Shown: positions 24,427 to 37,162 of the stretch, piece after piece
Layout: each line of letters opens with the position of its first letter
How positions within the stretch are numbered: the stretch's first letter is position 1
NCBI GenBank assembly: GCA_013265495.1
Contig: MU058836.1
Span: forward strand, 806,001-870,000
Source of the DNA: Vicugna vicugna
Taxonomy: Eukaryota
Direction: 5' to 3'
Length of the DNA stretch: 64,000 nucleotides
Notes under the pieces: generated by a model
What the model was told of the DNA's origin: nothing
Database searches by the model: none
Seen by the model: the letters and a program-made list of their open reading frames with translations, nothing else
Translations under genes and position numbers: made by a program

Positions 24427-26161
24427 TTGGTTTGTCCTCAAAGAACTTGAGATACCTGATATATTTGTGTGCTAAAGAAAATTCCTCCTTTTGGGAGGGA
24501 GTGAGGGAAGTCGTGGCATGTTAACTTCCAGGATAAATACAAACAGAGAAAAGAAGTCATACTTCTCAGTGGAAAACTGAAATAGAGTAGAGGACGGGGA
24601 ATGACATGGTCTAGAAATCTCATAAGCCAAAGAGCTGGTGTACACCCGGGCAACCTTTAAGTCCCACTGTATACAGAGATGAGTTAAAGGCTCTTCAATA
24701 AGTTTCCCTGGCCTGGAAGGGAAATATAAAGTCGCTTTGAATTAAATCTTTGAATCTGAATCCTGGCGATGCTGTGAATCAACTAATTTCTTCCCCGCTC
24801 AGAGCCTCAGTTTCTTTGTCTGAAAATGGGGCTAATGCAACCCCTATGCATGTGAGAGCTGCGTCTTACCCATGCTTCCCACAGCCTGGCCTCATAAGCC
24901 CCCAGGAAGCAGATACTAGACTATCTGCCTACTGGATGCACTTAATATATGCATCTCTCCTACCAGACTGAGAAACATGGATGACAGAGACCACAGAAGA
25001 TCCCTTTGTATGTTGCCAAGCACAGAAATTGGCACACTGTTTGACTAGATCTAAAAAAAAAAAAGTATGACACAAAGAAAATCTTAAATTTTGAGCCGCC
25101 TGGCACTTACCAGTTTGAAAATTGAAGCCAGCTGCCCTGCCCTCAAGGATGACAGACTTTCTCATTTTTAGTTTGGCTTCTAAGTATGACCATCACCTGA
25201 TGGTAACTTATTTTTGCTTCCTGTGAGTCAGAAAGCAAAAGGCACTGTCCCCAAGCCACTGGGGTAACCTTTACACAAATGGCCCCATAATGAACGGTTT
25301 TGGTAAAGTAACAGCTGTCATATAACTTGTCATATTATGGGAAAACTCTCTAATTTGCTAAGTGCTTGGTATTAATAAAGTTCATGTCCTATCATTTCTA
25401 AAGTTTCTAAGAAGATGGCCAGTGAAAAGCCCTGCGTCATAGGCTGGGAGGGGGCAGTGTGGAGAGGACTCAAGCGAGTCAGTATCAGTGGAAAGGAGCA
25501 CTGACTCAGTCATCTGCCTCAATGAGGTTCATCCGGCAGATGGGCTGTGCTGAGGATGACATGGATGTAACAGATACAGAAGTTCACTGTGACTGCTAAG
25601 GCCCGTAAAAAGACTAAACACTGGTTTGTTTGTTCATTTATTTCCCCATTTGGAGTCTGTCTTATTCAAGAGCTGGAGCAGGGACAGGACCCCAAAGTTG
25701 CTGGCATCTTATGACACATCCACAAAATCAATTACATGTGAATTTCTGGCAGAAAATCTGGCTACACAAATGCTCAGATAACTCAGGATGATTTTTAAAT
25801 AACACTCTACCCTCCTCTCCCAAACCAAAGGCACACTAGCCACCAAAAATAAAGCAAAGAGATGAGATTTCCATGTTGAATTTTATCTCAGGAAACTTTT
25901 GAAATAAGTATCACAGAGCAAGCTTGAGACAGGCCATACTAAGTCTTGAACTCTGGAAAGATGCATCACTCTTCCTGCATGCAAAGTCCCAGCCTCAGAA
26001 AGAGGTCATGAACAGCAAGTCGCAGGACATGACATTTGACAAGGCCAAGAGCAAGGAGAAAGTCTGAGGGGACGCTTTCCCAGGTGGAGAACTCAGTTCA
26101 GTCCAGCGAATATTCAATGGTCACCTGCTTTGTGCTTGAGACAAATAATAATAGATTCATG

Positions 26162-26251
26162 TTTTTTTTTTTAAGTGTAGGTACTAGGGATTGAACCCAG
26201 GACCTCGTGCATGCTAAGCATGTGCTTTATCACTGAGCTATCACTTTACCC
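26162..26251 (-). mobile_element. Vic-1-like SINE
   Basis: ggtactagggattgaacccaggacctcgtgcatgctaagcatg. Confidence 0.9.
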
Positions 26252-27344
26252 TGTGTGTTTGGTGCTTTTAAACACACGTATCTATGGACCCTCACCCTGG
26301 TCCACCCAAGAAGGTGTTACTGCCTCATTTTTAAAAGATGAGGTAACTGAGGTTCAGAGAGGTCGCAAGATAAAGACAGTCAGGAACCAGTAGGGCTGCT
26401 CTTGGTATCAAACCAGGTCCTCTGACTGTACATTCTATTACTCCAAGAACAGGAGTGTGTGCTCTTGTTTCCAACGCTACTAATGTCCAGAAAGGATCTG
26501 AGGCATCTGAGGGAGGGGGTTTCTTGGGGGAGTGGGGTGAGGTAGAAGGACATCAGAGTTAAAGCCTCCTGCAGCCCAAGCTGACCCTGTCCTGGGTCAG
26601 ACAGGGACACAAAGGGCAGGCAGGTCAGTAAGGACTCAATAAATGGCATACTGACAGCCGGGGTTGGCGGGGCTTGCACTGAGCACCTAGTGTGTGTTGT
26701 CAGAAAAGAGACCCCGGGCCTTCTGAGTGCCAGGAGGTAGGGGAAAGGGCCTTGCACTGCACCTACCATGTGCTACAGGTACAGGTGTCCTGGGACCGGC
26801 TGGCTGGGGGCCAGGCTGGGTGGGATGAAGGGGTGAGGCTTTCCTGAGTCCTGACTGTGTGCCAGGAACTGGGCATTTCTTGTCTTGCAACAACTCTGTG
26901 AGTGGGCATGATTATTCCTCTTTTGCAATGAGGATATTAGTGCAAAGAGGGGACGGCTGAGTCCACTGTTACAGGTGGAGTTGGAGGCACAGGAGAGCTG
27001 GATCCCAGCCTGGCGAATCAGTTCCTTCTCCATTGCAGAAAGGAGGCAAAAACCGTCTCTTTTTGTCCTCCTCTCAAACCCGTAATAGAAGAGCAGAGAC
27101 TTCAGTGAGACTCCCACCCAAAGCCTAGCGCCAGATTAATAACAACAACAACAACAATAATAATACCCGCCATTTACTGAGTACTTACTATATACCAGGC
27201 ATATGGCATGCTTTCAACTATCTCATTAACTTTGGGATATTATCCACATTAGCCAAAAGGAGGCACAAGTCAAGAGCTCCCCGGAGCAGGAAGCCAGTAA
27301 GTGACAGAAGCAGGCTGAGAATCCACTTCGACTTGATACTCAAT

Positions 27345-28000
27345 TTCGTAACACCGGGTCAGCCTCAGCGGGGAGGAAGAGGGGCGCGCCTGGCACGCAG
27401 AAGCGCGGCGGCGGAGAGCGGCAGCCCGGAGCGGTCCTGAGCCCGGCCGTCCGGCGGGGGGCACTGCAGACCGCGCGCCGCGCTGCGCCCGCCTCCGGCT
27501 CCGGGCGCCCAGGGGCCGCTGCGCCCGCCTGCGCCCCTCTCGCTCCCGCCCCGGCCCCCGCCACCCCCGGGGCCCCGAGTGCCGACCAGCCTTCCCGCGG
27601 GGAGGGGGAGGAAGACGATCGGGGCCCACGGGGACCCGCCCCCCCCCTCGCGGGTTGCTGGGGCGCGGACCGGGGACTGGCTCTACACCTGGGTGCCCCC
27701 CACGCCCTGCCGGGCGCACACTCACACTTACACCTCGGCTTGCGCACGCAAGAGCTGCAGGGACCGCGTCTTCCCGGGTGGACGTGGCGATCTCGGTACC
27801 GGGCCCCGCCGGGAATCTGGGAATGTAGATTCGTCTGGCTCCGACCGAGCGGAGGAGGGGAAACCCGGCCCGCCGGAGAGTCGGGACTCCGGGAGGATCC
27901 CTGGCGCATTTGGATGTCCAGCCGCTGCTTCCCCACCCCGCCCAAGCTGTCACTTTCCTCTCCCTCTGCGCTGAGGATACCACACCCCACCCAGCCCGCT
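27345..28000. promoter_or_regulatory. Orphan CpG island downstream of KLF4
   Basis: Dense CpG and GC boxes; NRF1-like TGCGCACGCA 27741-27750; no credible ORF. Confidence 0.85.
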
Positions 28001-29969
28001 CACCGAATTCTGACTTTGAACCCAAAAGTGGTCAGGCGTGTTTGGGGCCAGGCCACAGCCAGCAGGCGCTCTGGCCCTCTCCAGAGCAGCTGTAAGTGGG
28101 CGTCAGTGTCCCTGGGGAGGGGACCCCACCTTGGACCATCCGAGGTGAGGCCAAGCTTTCCAAAGTAGTTTCCAGGGCAGGTAAGAGGCATCCAGTGACC
28201 TTGACCCTTCCCCGCGGTCACCTGGGATAGAGGCATTTAAGGTGGGCAGTTTAACGAGGTGATAAATAAGTGAAAATGGCCTGGTAGCCTCTTGAGTTTG
28301 AAGCCCCAGCTGAGGCTTTCTTTAGAAAGGGAAAGTTATGAATAGGTTACTCTCAAGGAATTCTGTTACCGGTAATAACCCTGAATGTTAATTGGTCATT
28401 TTGCCTTGTTAAAAGTCTTGCAGACCCCTCCAAGTTCTAAGACGACAAGGGAAAGAATGTTTCTTAGATTTACAACTGAGAGGGAAATATCACATTACTT
28501 TGCATTAGGTTATACATTAGCATATTTGTTGAATTGAATTTTCCACTTTCGCTTTTTAATATCTGTCCAATTCTCAACTAGTCTCTGGAAGTTTACAAAG
28601 GGGCGGTGGGAGGACTGGTGATGTGTATGCCACAGATGGAGATAGAAAAGCTGCCCAGAACATGTTGACATTAAAAAAAAAATAGCTAACATCCCCCTAC
28701 ACTTTAAAACTGTGATATTAGGGACAGAGTATTATGGCAAAAGTTACTCGTAGAACATCTGTTCCTTCCAGCGGGAGGATTTCTTTCCTGCCAAGAATTT
28801 ATGAATTTTATATAGGAGCTCGATTCAGTTTAGGGATGGAGGAAGGAAGCCAGCTGAAGGAGCTCCCACCTCGGCCTGGAATGCAGGGATACGAAGATGG
28901 TTCTCGAAGTCACTGGTGGGGATGTGGCTGAGAATGCAAACATCTCAAACGGCCGCCCCTGGTTTAAAGTGAGTAGAACAGTACGAATGAAGGTCAAGTC
29001 CACACAAGATTCCCAGTCACAGGAGGCCTAATCTTTTTTAGAGGAGAAGGGGGAGAGTTTGTTGATGGGATAAAACCTGCCCAAAATCTTATCAGCTCCT
29101 TTCAGATGTTCCTTTCATTTTCACCTGGGCCAGATAAGCCGTCTTCCACTCATCTCAAAAACTTCAGTCAGTCCCTGCATCTACACCCAATAGTCGTTTG
29201 CTCCCATTGCTCAATGAGCCTGGTGACTGGAAGGGTTATGTTTCTAAAGCCATCAGAGGGGTGCTCCGACACTAAATGGATTGGCGGTTGAAACATTAAT
29301 GAGTCTCTTTTGACTCGAGGCAAGTTTATCTAAGTGGTTTTCCAATGATCTCTTCTGCAGAGAACTTTCTGCTCTTGAGAAGGTGTGTGGAGGAGAGCAC
29401 GTTGCATTCTCAAGCAGACCATTTTAGGTTCTTACCCTTTAAGTGGAATGGGCTTTATTTTTTTCTTTTTTACTTACAGGATTTTAGATGAAACATGAAA
29501 AAAAATTCAATCCATTTACGTATCAAGAATCTAAATTGTTTCTGTTTAACAGCAAGAGAGAAAAAAAAACCCATAAACATTAACGGTTTAGTACATTTGT
29601 TCGAGTTAACAAGTATTAAGCACTTACTGCATGCCAGGCACTTTGTTAGGCATCCGGTCTGATATATGTCACATCTCAGGTAATGATAAGTACCAGGGGG
29701 GAAAAGCAAGCATATTAAAATATACAAAACCCCTGGACAGTGGGAGGGCTCTTTTAGTATGGTCAGGGAAGGCTGCTCCAAGGAATTGACATCGGAGTGT
29801 CCTTCTAGAACTTTCCCAACACAAATATACCCAAAACACATAAACAGATATATTTTTACCAAGTTCGGTCATATTATATAGGTGTTTCTCCCTCCAGTTA
29901 ACTTCTCCTGAACATTCTTCTGCATATAAAGAGTGCATGACTCAAGAGTTGGATAGAATGGGGCAGGGG

Positions 29970-30078
29970 GGTGGGGAGCATATCTCAGTGGTAGAACACA
30001 TGCTTAGCATTCACAAGGTCCTGGGTTCAATTCCCAATATCTCTAATAAATTAAAAAAAGAAAGAAAGAAAAAAAAAA
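29970..30078 (+). mobile_element. Vic-1-like SINE followed by a MIR (to about 30300)
   Basis: A/B boxes and A tail. Confidence 0.9.
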
Positions 30079-30552
30079 CAAGTAGAATCAGGTTTAAATT
30101 CCAGCTTTGCTCCTCACTGGTTTTGTGATTCCAAGCAGGTTATCTAAGCTTTCTTTGCCTCAGGTCCCTCATTCTTAAAATGAAGAGAAAGGCGATGCCA
30201 GCCTCATACGGTTATTGAGGGGACTAAATGAAATACGCGTAAAATGCTGAGTGTAGGGACAGCATGTAGTAAACCTTAAAAAACGTCAGCCCTCACTATT
30301 GTTTACTGGATAATTCTAATGGAGCGTGGTAGTGCATTCTAAGGACTTACTTTAACCCATGTCATACTATTGAACAGAAAGAGCTGGATATAAACGTACC
30401 TCAGACAATATGAACTATAGGGAGAAAAAGAAAACAGCAAAACCCCAATGTAGAAAATGTGCCAAAGCAACACGTTTTTTTAGGAGCGACTCTCTCCTTC
30501 TGCCATCCCTGACGCTGAGTCTCGCTCACACATTAAAAATCTGACCATTTAC

Positions 30553-30932
30553 AGAGAAAGACAAATATCATATATCATTTATATGTGGAACCTAAAAAAA
30601 AAAGATACAAATCTTATTTACAAACCAAAAATAGACTCATGGGCGTAGAAAACAAACTACGGTTACAAAGGGGAAAGGGCGGGGAGGGATAAACTAGGAG
30701 TTTGAGATTAACAGATACACATTACAATATATAAAATAGATAAGCAACAAGGACCTACTGTGTAGCACAGGAAACTGTATTCAATTTCTTGTAATAATCC
30801 ATAATGGGGAATCTGAAAATATATATATATATATATATATATGTCTGTATACAAATAACTGAATCGCTTTGTTGGACACCTGAAACTAATATTGTAAATC
30901 CACTACACTTCAATAAAAAAAAAAGTTAAAAA
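30553..30932 (+). mobile_element. L1 3' end with internal (TA)n
   Basis: 18-bp TSD aaaaatctg(a/t)ccatttac 30535-30552/30933-30950. Confidence 0.9.
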
Positions 30933-31979
30933 AAAAATCTGTCCATTTACCACCTAGGCTTAAGTTCCAGAACGTTTGTGTCTTGCTTAGCAGGTAAATC
31001 TCTGGCCTGATGCAGACTGAGGATGAGGGTCTGCACAAGTCTCAGGCTGGAATGAGATTCTATAGCGGCACAACTGTGGGGCGCTTGGGGGCCTCAGCTT
31101 CCCCCCTGAGCAAAGGCAACTCCAGGTGAACTGTTTCGTGAAATGCCTTCTGGCTGGGGCTCTCATTTGTTCCTTGAGTCTTAACTAGCTCCCAGCCTGG
31201 GCTCCCGTTCTCTGAACAGCCTTGCCTGCTTCAGAGATCTGAAATGTCACTCTGAGTCACTGGTCCATGCCCTGAGGCACAGAACCAGATCTATTTTAGG
31301 TTGAGATCCCATTTAGGGGAAAAGGGATTATCTTCAGATATCGGGAGCGCGAGGAGAATGTTGGCAGAGCGTTGTGGAAGATGGCAGAGAGGCCGTGTTT
31401 CCCATGGGACGTGGCTGAGAACGTGGGCTCGAAGTCCAGCGCGCCAGGGTGCCACTCCTTCCCGCTCACTTCCTCTTGGGCACTCTCCATCCAAGGGGGC
31501 CTCAGAGCATGTGATCTCCAGCAAAAGACACTCTCTTAGGCCAACCTCCAACTGGCCCAGCTTTCAAAAGTGCTGCTAGTCTTTATTCTGTTTATTCTAA
31601 TAGAACGGACACACGTGTAAAGTGCTTTGGAATCAGTGAATGAAATGCCCGGGAAGAGAAGCAAAGGCTTATTTACTTCTGATGATTTTATAGAGGCCGT
31701 AGGGTTGCTATGATGCTGAAACAGACTGCCTTTTCCTGAGTCATTATCCAAACTGGAGCAGAGAAGCATGTGCTGTATTTTAATGGAATGGCCGATAAGA
31801 TGACTTGTTTCTATTAGAAAGAAGGATAGATTAGGTCAATCTTGTCCATATAGCTTCCTGCACAGCATAACCCCTGTTTAGTTTAAAAAACAAACACATT
31901 CCAAGGAGGTGAGGAACAGATAAACCCCAGCCCCTTCCAAATGAAATTAGTTTTACTTTATCTGGGAGGTGATGTGATG

Positions 31980-32160
31980 TGGCAGAAACAGCCTGAGCTT
32001 AGGAATCAGGTAGACCTGGGCTCTCATCACAGCTGTGTGACCTTGGGTAAGTCACTTGACTCCTCTGGGCCTCAGTCTTCTCAACTACCAAGGGTGCATA
32101 ATAACAAATTCCTAAACATCTAGAGCAGTTCTTGGCATACCACAGGTACTCAATGAATAT
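31980..32160 (+). mobile_element. MIR (representative; others at about 2550, 3476, 5330, 6004, 8870, 27165, 33990, 45050, 50670, 52890, 58850)
   Basis: agctgtgtgaccttgggtaagtcacttgactcctctgggcctcag core. Confidence 0.75.
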
Positions 32161-35100
32161 GAATGCTTTTCATCTGCTTCCAGCTCACTCAACCAGCAAA
32201 TCCAGGTTCCCAGTACCTTCATCCAAACAGGCAAGAAATGTTTTCCTGCGGTCAATGACAAAGACAAAGGATCAAGAAACCGAAGAGTTAAAAAGAAAAT
32301 AAACAAACAAATAAACCATGTGCCTTAAACCCACAGTCTAAGAAATTGTTCCTGCTCACGCAGTTTCTATTCCAAGTTTTCTGTTGCCATTCTGGGAACG
32401 TTGTCAAAGCAAATGTTAGTTAAAAATTGTTTACCAAAGGACAGGTAGTTAAACATCACGCACAGCTGAGAGTATTGTTATCACAAACCTGAAATAATTT
32501 TTCTCAAACCCTTGATTTACGAAGGAAGACATTGGACAGAAGTGTTCAAATATGGCCTGAGGTGGTCAGAGGATTTCTTTTTTCTTTCAGTTCTTTTTGT
32601 AGATTTACTATCTGATCAGACTTCTGTAGTGCTTTTTTTATTTTAACAAAGTGTCCTGCATTCTAATTAAGGAAATAGTAACTAAAAACGTGTGTGTACC
32701 TATACCTGTGAGTTATTGGTCAGTTGCTAAATAGATTTCTGGCTCAGTATTACTGGAGCCCAGGTAGACTCCACCACTCGTAGAGAAAACCAGTCTATCT
32801 CACTTCCTTCATCAGTGCAAACATCCAGCCCTGCAGTTTCATCAATTTTTTAGCAGGCAGGATTGATTGTATATCAGGGCACGAAAATGAAAATAAAAAA
32901 CTAAACCTGGAAGAGGGCATGTGTTCCCCAATGCAAATTGAGATCCAAACATTAAACAATAGGGATCTTCTAATCCTTTTACAAAGGCACAAATTGCAAA
33001 TCAGACTCCCATGCCAGAGTGGCTTTGCCTAACAAAGTCTTTAATGCAAAGAATCCCTTAGGCAAAGCCTCCTCTGTCTCTACAAGCTTTGGCACCAGAC
33101 ACCAAAAGAGCCTTATGAAGTCAGTTATGCTCCCTCACCGCAAAGTTAGTTGTGCTCACAACAAAATCCGGTTGCTCCCCTGGTCTAGATATGCAACCTC
33201 CGATCTACAGAAGCCTAAGGTGCCTTGGTTGGCAGATTAAGCTCCAGTTCGCTTGAATCATTAATTTCAACAGAAGTTTGTGATATTTTGTTGAATAAGG
33301 CCAAATCCTTCGTGCTGAACCTGAATAACGCGTTCTCACATGCTTTGACATGCACCTGATAAACAAGTTGGAGGTATCTAAAATAATAAGCAATCAAGAA
33401 AATTGTCGGGGGAAAAACCGTTCATGGGGTTGTAGTTAGTGTGGTTGGGTCTCTCAAAGAACTATCCGATCTCTTTTCCAAGAGAGGTAAACAATTTTTA
33501 CAGCGGTTAGGAGGCTGATTTTCATTTAACCTACAGTTTACACCCTTGGCAGAGCAATCGTATTAGGAAAAAAAAATCTGTAGGCATGTATATTTATCTA
33601 GTCTAATTCACCTTTGGTTCTGCCGCTCTTTGCACAGTTACTGGTAAGGTAGGTCCTTGGACAGATTATATATGTTTGAATGGAATTGCACGGAAAGAGA
33701 AAGCAGAATAAAACCACATATTTTTACAGTTTTAGGGAATGGGTCCTGTGTTCTCCAAAGAGAGGCACAGTGGTAAGTGAGTATAGTATCTGTCTTAGCT
33801 GGCAACCCAGTATTACAGAAGCATCAGAGAGAAGAATGAAATACTTTTTTGGATATCAGAGCACGACAGGACATTGAATTTAGAACTTTCCTCTTAAAAC
33901 CATCCTTTAGCATGGTGTCTTAAAAAAAAATCTGTATTCCCCTCTAATGTTCCCTTGGGTTCTCGGTTGGAGCCATCAGCTTTGGCTTGTTAAGGGAGAC
34001 CTGGGTCCTGGTGGGTGTTCAGATCCCCATTTGCTGTGACCTTGGGTAAGTCCAGTCTTTCTTCCAGGCCTCAGTATTCTCCTTGAGTTAAAGGGTCTTG
34101 AAGACTCTTTTCTGCTTCAGACAGCCTATGTAATTTATAGCTTTAGTGCTTGCGATCTTACTCATTCCTCCATGAGGCAGTAACAATGGCTCACAGGCAG
34201 GGGCATTTGTCAACTCCATGCACTGTTTTCTAGAGTCAGTTTTGTAGAACAGTTTAGACACGTTCAGAAGTCAGAAAATGACGGTCATCCAAGCAGCAAA
34301 GAGAGTCTCGGGTTTGAAGAGCTGGGAACTCTAAGAGGAGTCCCTCTAGGAGCTTGTGGGGGCCAGCCCATAAAATCTAACATGTACAAAGGATCTAGAG
34401 CCAGTGGAAGGGAGGGGGCTTTTTAAGAGCTCACAATGAAGGATATATAAGTGCGTGTCGGGGCAGTGTGGGTCTTACCAGAAGCAGCAGAGACCAGTAC
34501 CTGCAAAGAAAGGCTCAGAAGCTGAAATAGGCATAGTACTGGGCAGGGGGGCATCCAGAATATTTTGCCATGGCCGGTACACTTAAGGTGTGATTGAGCT
34601 AAAGGAGCAGATGTTGGACAGGTTTGGGGTGGGGGTGCCACAGTTTTAATCTGCATCCACATGGCCCTAGGGACATTGGGAAGGTGATGAATTGGGGAGG
34701 GGCTGGACCAGATCTGTCTGACCAAGAGCGCTGTGTGCTCGGACAGAAACAGGCACTTTTCTTTTACCTCAGACAAAAAGTATCATATTCATGGTAGAGT
34801 GACCAGCTCAAAAAACTCCTGCAGGCAACTTCCTCATCCTGTCTACCTTGACAAAGGAAAGAGCATATTGACTGGGAGACGGGAAGTCTGGGGCTTTTGA
34901 CGCCTAAATAAGTTTACTGGAAGAATCTGAATGTTAGTAAAGCCTTCTGAATCGGGGTGGATCCATTTTGCCTGTAGCCCTACCTGCCCAGCGGACTGAG
35001 GACAAAAGCATTCAAAGAGAAATGCTTTGAGTGTGTCAGCAAGAAAGAAAAACAAAACACAAAACCATGAAGGGAACCTTGGTTTCCTCGTCCATAAAAT

Positions 35101-35612
35101 GGGGATGAGAGAGGGACAACTCACCCCTACCTTTTGTCCTGAGGATTCATTGAGGTAACGGAGCATGTAAACGCTTCATGGACGTCACAGAGTTGTGCAG
35201 AAGTAAGGGCGACTATACACTGGCCAAAAGTGACCCGGATCAGAAAAGAAGTCTGCTTGTCTTTACTGAAAAAATCCCTTTCATCTGGCGTGTCTAAGAG
35301 ACCCTGCTTAGGGTTTGTACCAATTCACTTGTCTCCTTGGCTTTCAGCAAATGCATCTAGAGTTCCTTTGATTTCCCTGTAAAGCTATTTATCCATGGGT
35401 ATGCTGGTCGGGAGCCCGAGTGCATTGGCTTTCTGTCCTGGTGATCTGGCCACTGTTCAGTAAGAAGTTGACCCAGTGCCAGTTTAGTATGGATTCAAAT
35501 ATTATAAGTGAGATAGGAATTATAAGCCCACTCAAACTTCCGGCCTCAGATAGCTTAGAATGGACATGTTTGACTGTTTGCCCTAATTTATTTTATGATT
35601 ATTTAAGTAACC

Positions 35613-35709
35613 CTTTTTTCCCCCCCTTAGCAGAGGCACTGGGGATTGAAGCTAGGACCTCGTGCACACCAAGCAGGTGCTCTACAGCTGAGCTAAACCT
35701 TCTTCCCCA
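35613..35709 (-). mobile_element. Vic-1-like SINE (diverged)
   Basis: ctggggattgaagctaggacctcgtgc. Confidence 0.85.
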
Positions 35710-37071
35710 CTAACTGATTTTAGATAATTGTCAAGTCTCCACTTGGGGCTTCATTCATCTATTTATTTATCTTTTCATGAAGAGCTACTTCTTCTTGTTT
35801 CTTACTCTATTTAGATGATAACATGTAACAAAGACATGAAAAGACACATAAAAGGGAGGCAAGTGGTCCTGGTACTCTAGGATTATCACTGTAATTACTG
35901 TGTTGCGTCAATGAAAAATGTCCTAGTAGGTGTGCTCAGCTGTCAAAGGGATTCTAGAAGTGCGAATTTACTTCTTGTCATTGTTATTAAATTGGATTTC
36001 TATTTATTTCCTCCTTTTCCTTTAAGAACAAGTGGAAAAAGACATTTAGGAGGGCGGGTTGCAACATGCTGACTCATCTAGGGTGTCGAGAGACGGAAGC
36101 AATTCGAAAAAGTGACATTATGACACCAGCATCGTGGAAAACAATGTAAAAATGGACTCCTGGCGTACATGGCTCCAGAGAAGTGATTTCACTCCTGTTC
36201 CCACCCTGTGTGTTTCCTCCCCCACAACTAAGTCAACTGGCTATGGTAGCCTAGAGATCAGCCTGAAAGATTTTCTGTGTTCATGTAATATTTTAGCAGT
36301 TGGTTTCCTGTCTGACTGTGACCAGGGCTTTGAACTTCTAGGTACTTCAGAAGGATTGAAGAATTTATTCGGTTTTTAGAAGATGGTAAGGAATTTACTC
36401 AGGATTTACTTTTTTGCTTAAAGTAAAGGCTTCCAAAGGGTATCAGTTCCCAACTTTCATTTTAGTTTCACTTAACGTGAAAAACAAATTTTTTAATTGT
36501 CATACAGCCCTCTGACTACAACAGTAGTCCCTTTGCATTTTCACAGGGAGAGCATGATCTGTTCCACAGCATTCATGATGTGGAGACCTCCTGGTGGTTT
36601 TATATGAAACACTGAATCTGTACTCCGCTGTGAACAGCAAATGAGAGTTTCATAACCAAACGGGGAAACATAGCTTGAGTTAGTGCTGTAAAAACGTGTC
36701 ACTATACAACAGAGCGTAGAAAGTGCTAAGAAAAGATGAGGAAATGAAATATATCCATAAAATGAAATGCATAATAATAAATAAAATGATGAAATAATAA
36801 ATACATTCAAAAAGGGTTTGTGTAGTTGGGGATGGTGTGTATGCGTGTGCAAGAGAGAGAGGGTGAAGGTGCGGATAAAGAGAATGACTACAGATTGACT
36901 TAGGAGTGTGTTGTGCTGAATGGAGCTTTAGAAGCCAGGACACAGATCAGAACAGGTGGCTGACGTAGGCTGCTAAATTTAGATAGTCCCACAGGTCAGA
37001 GTACAGCAGGTACCCCCACTGCTTATTTTAATAACTTCCCTGAAGACCTGTTTCCATGGCTTAAAGCAGTT

Positions 37072-37162
37072 TTCTTTTTCTTTCTTTTTTGGTGGAGGTA
37101 TTGGGGGTTGAACCCAGGACCTCCTGCCTGCTAAGCAGGTACTCTACCACTGAGCTGTGTCC
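37072..37162 (-). mobile_element. Vic-1-like SINE
   Basis: ggaggtattgggggttgaacccaggacctc...ctaccactgagct. Confidence 0.9.

Noticed and set aside
27270..28025. 251-aa and 216-aa ORFs at the orphan island
   Set aside because: GC-driven ORFs overlapping on both strands, non-ATG starts, no recognisable domain
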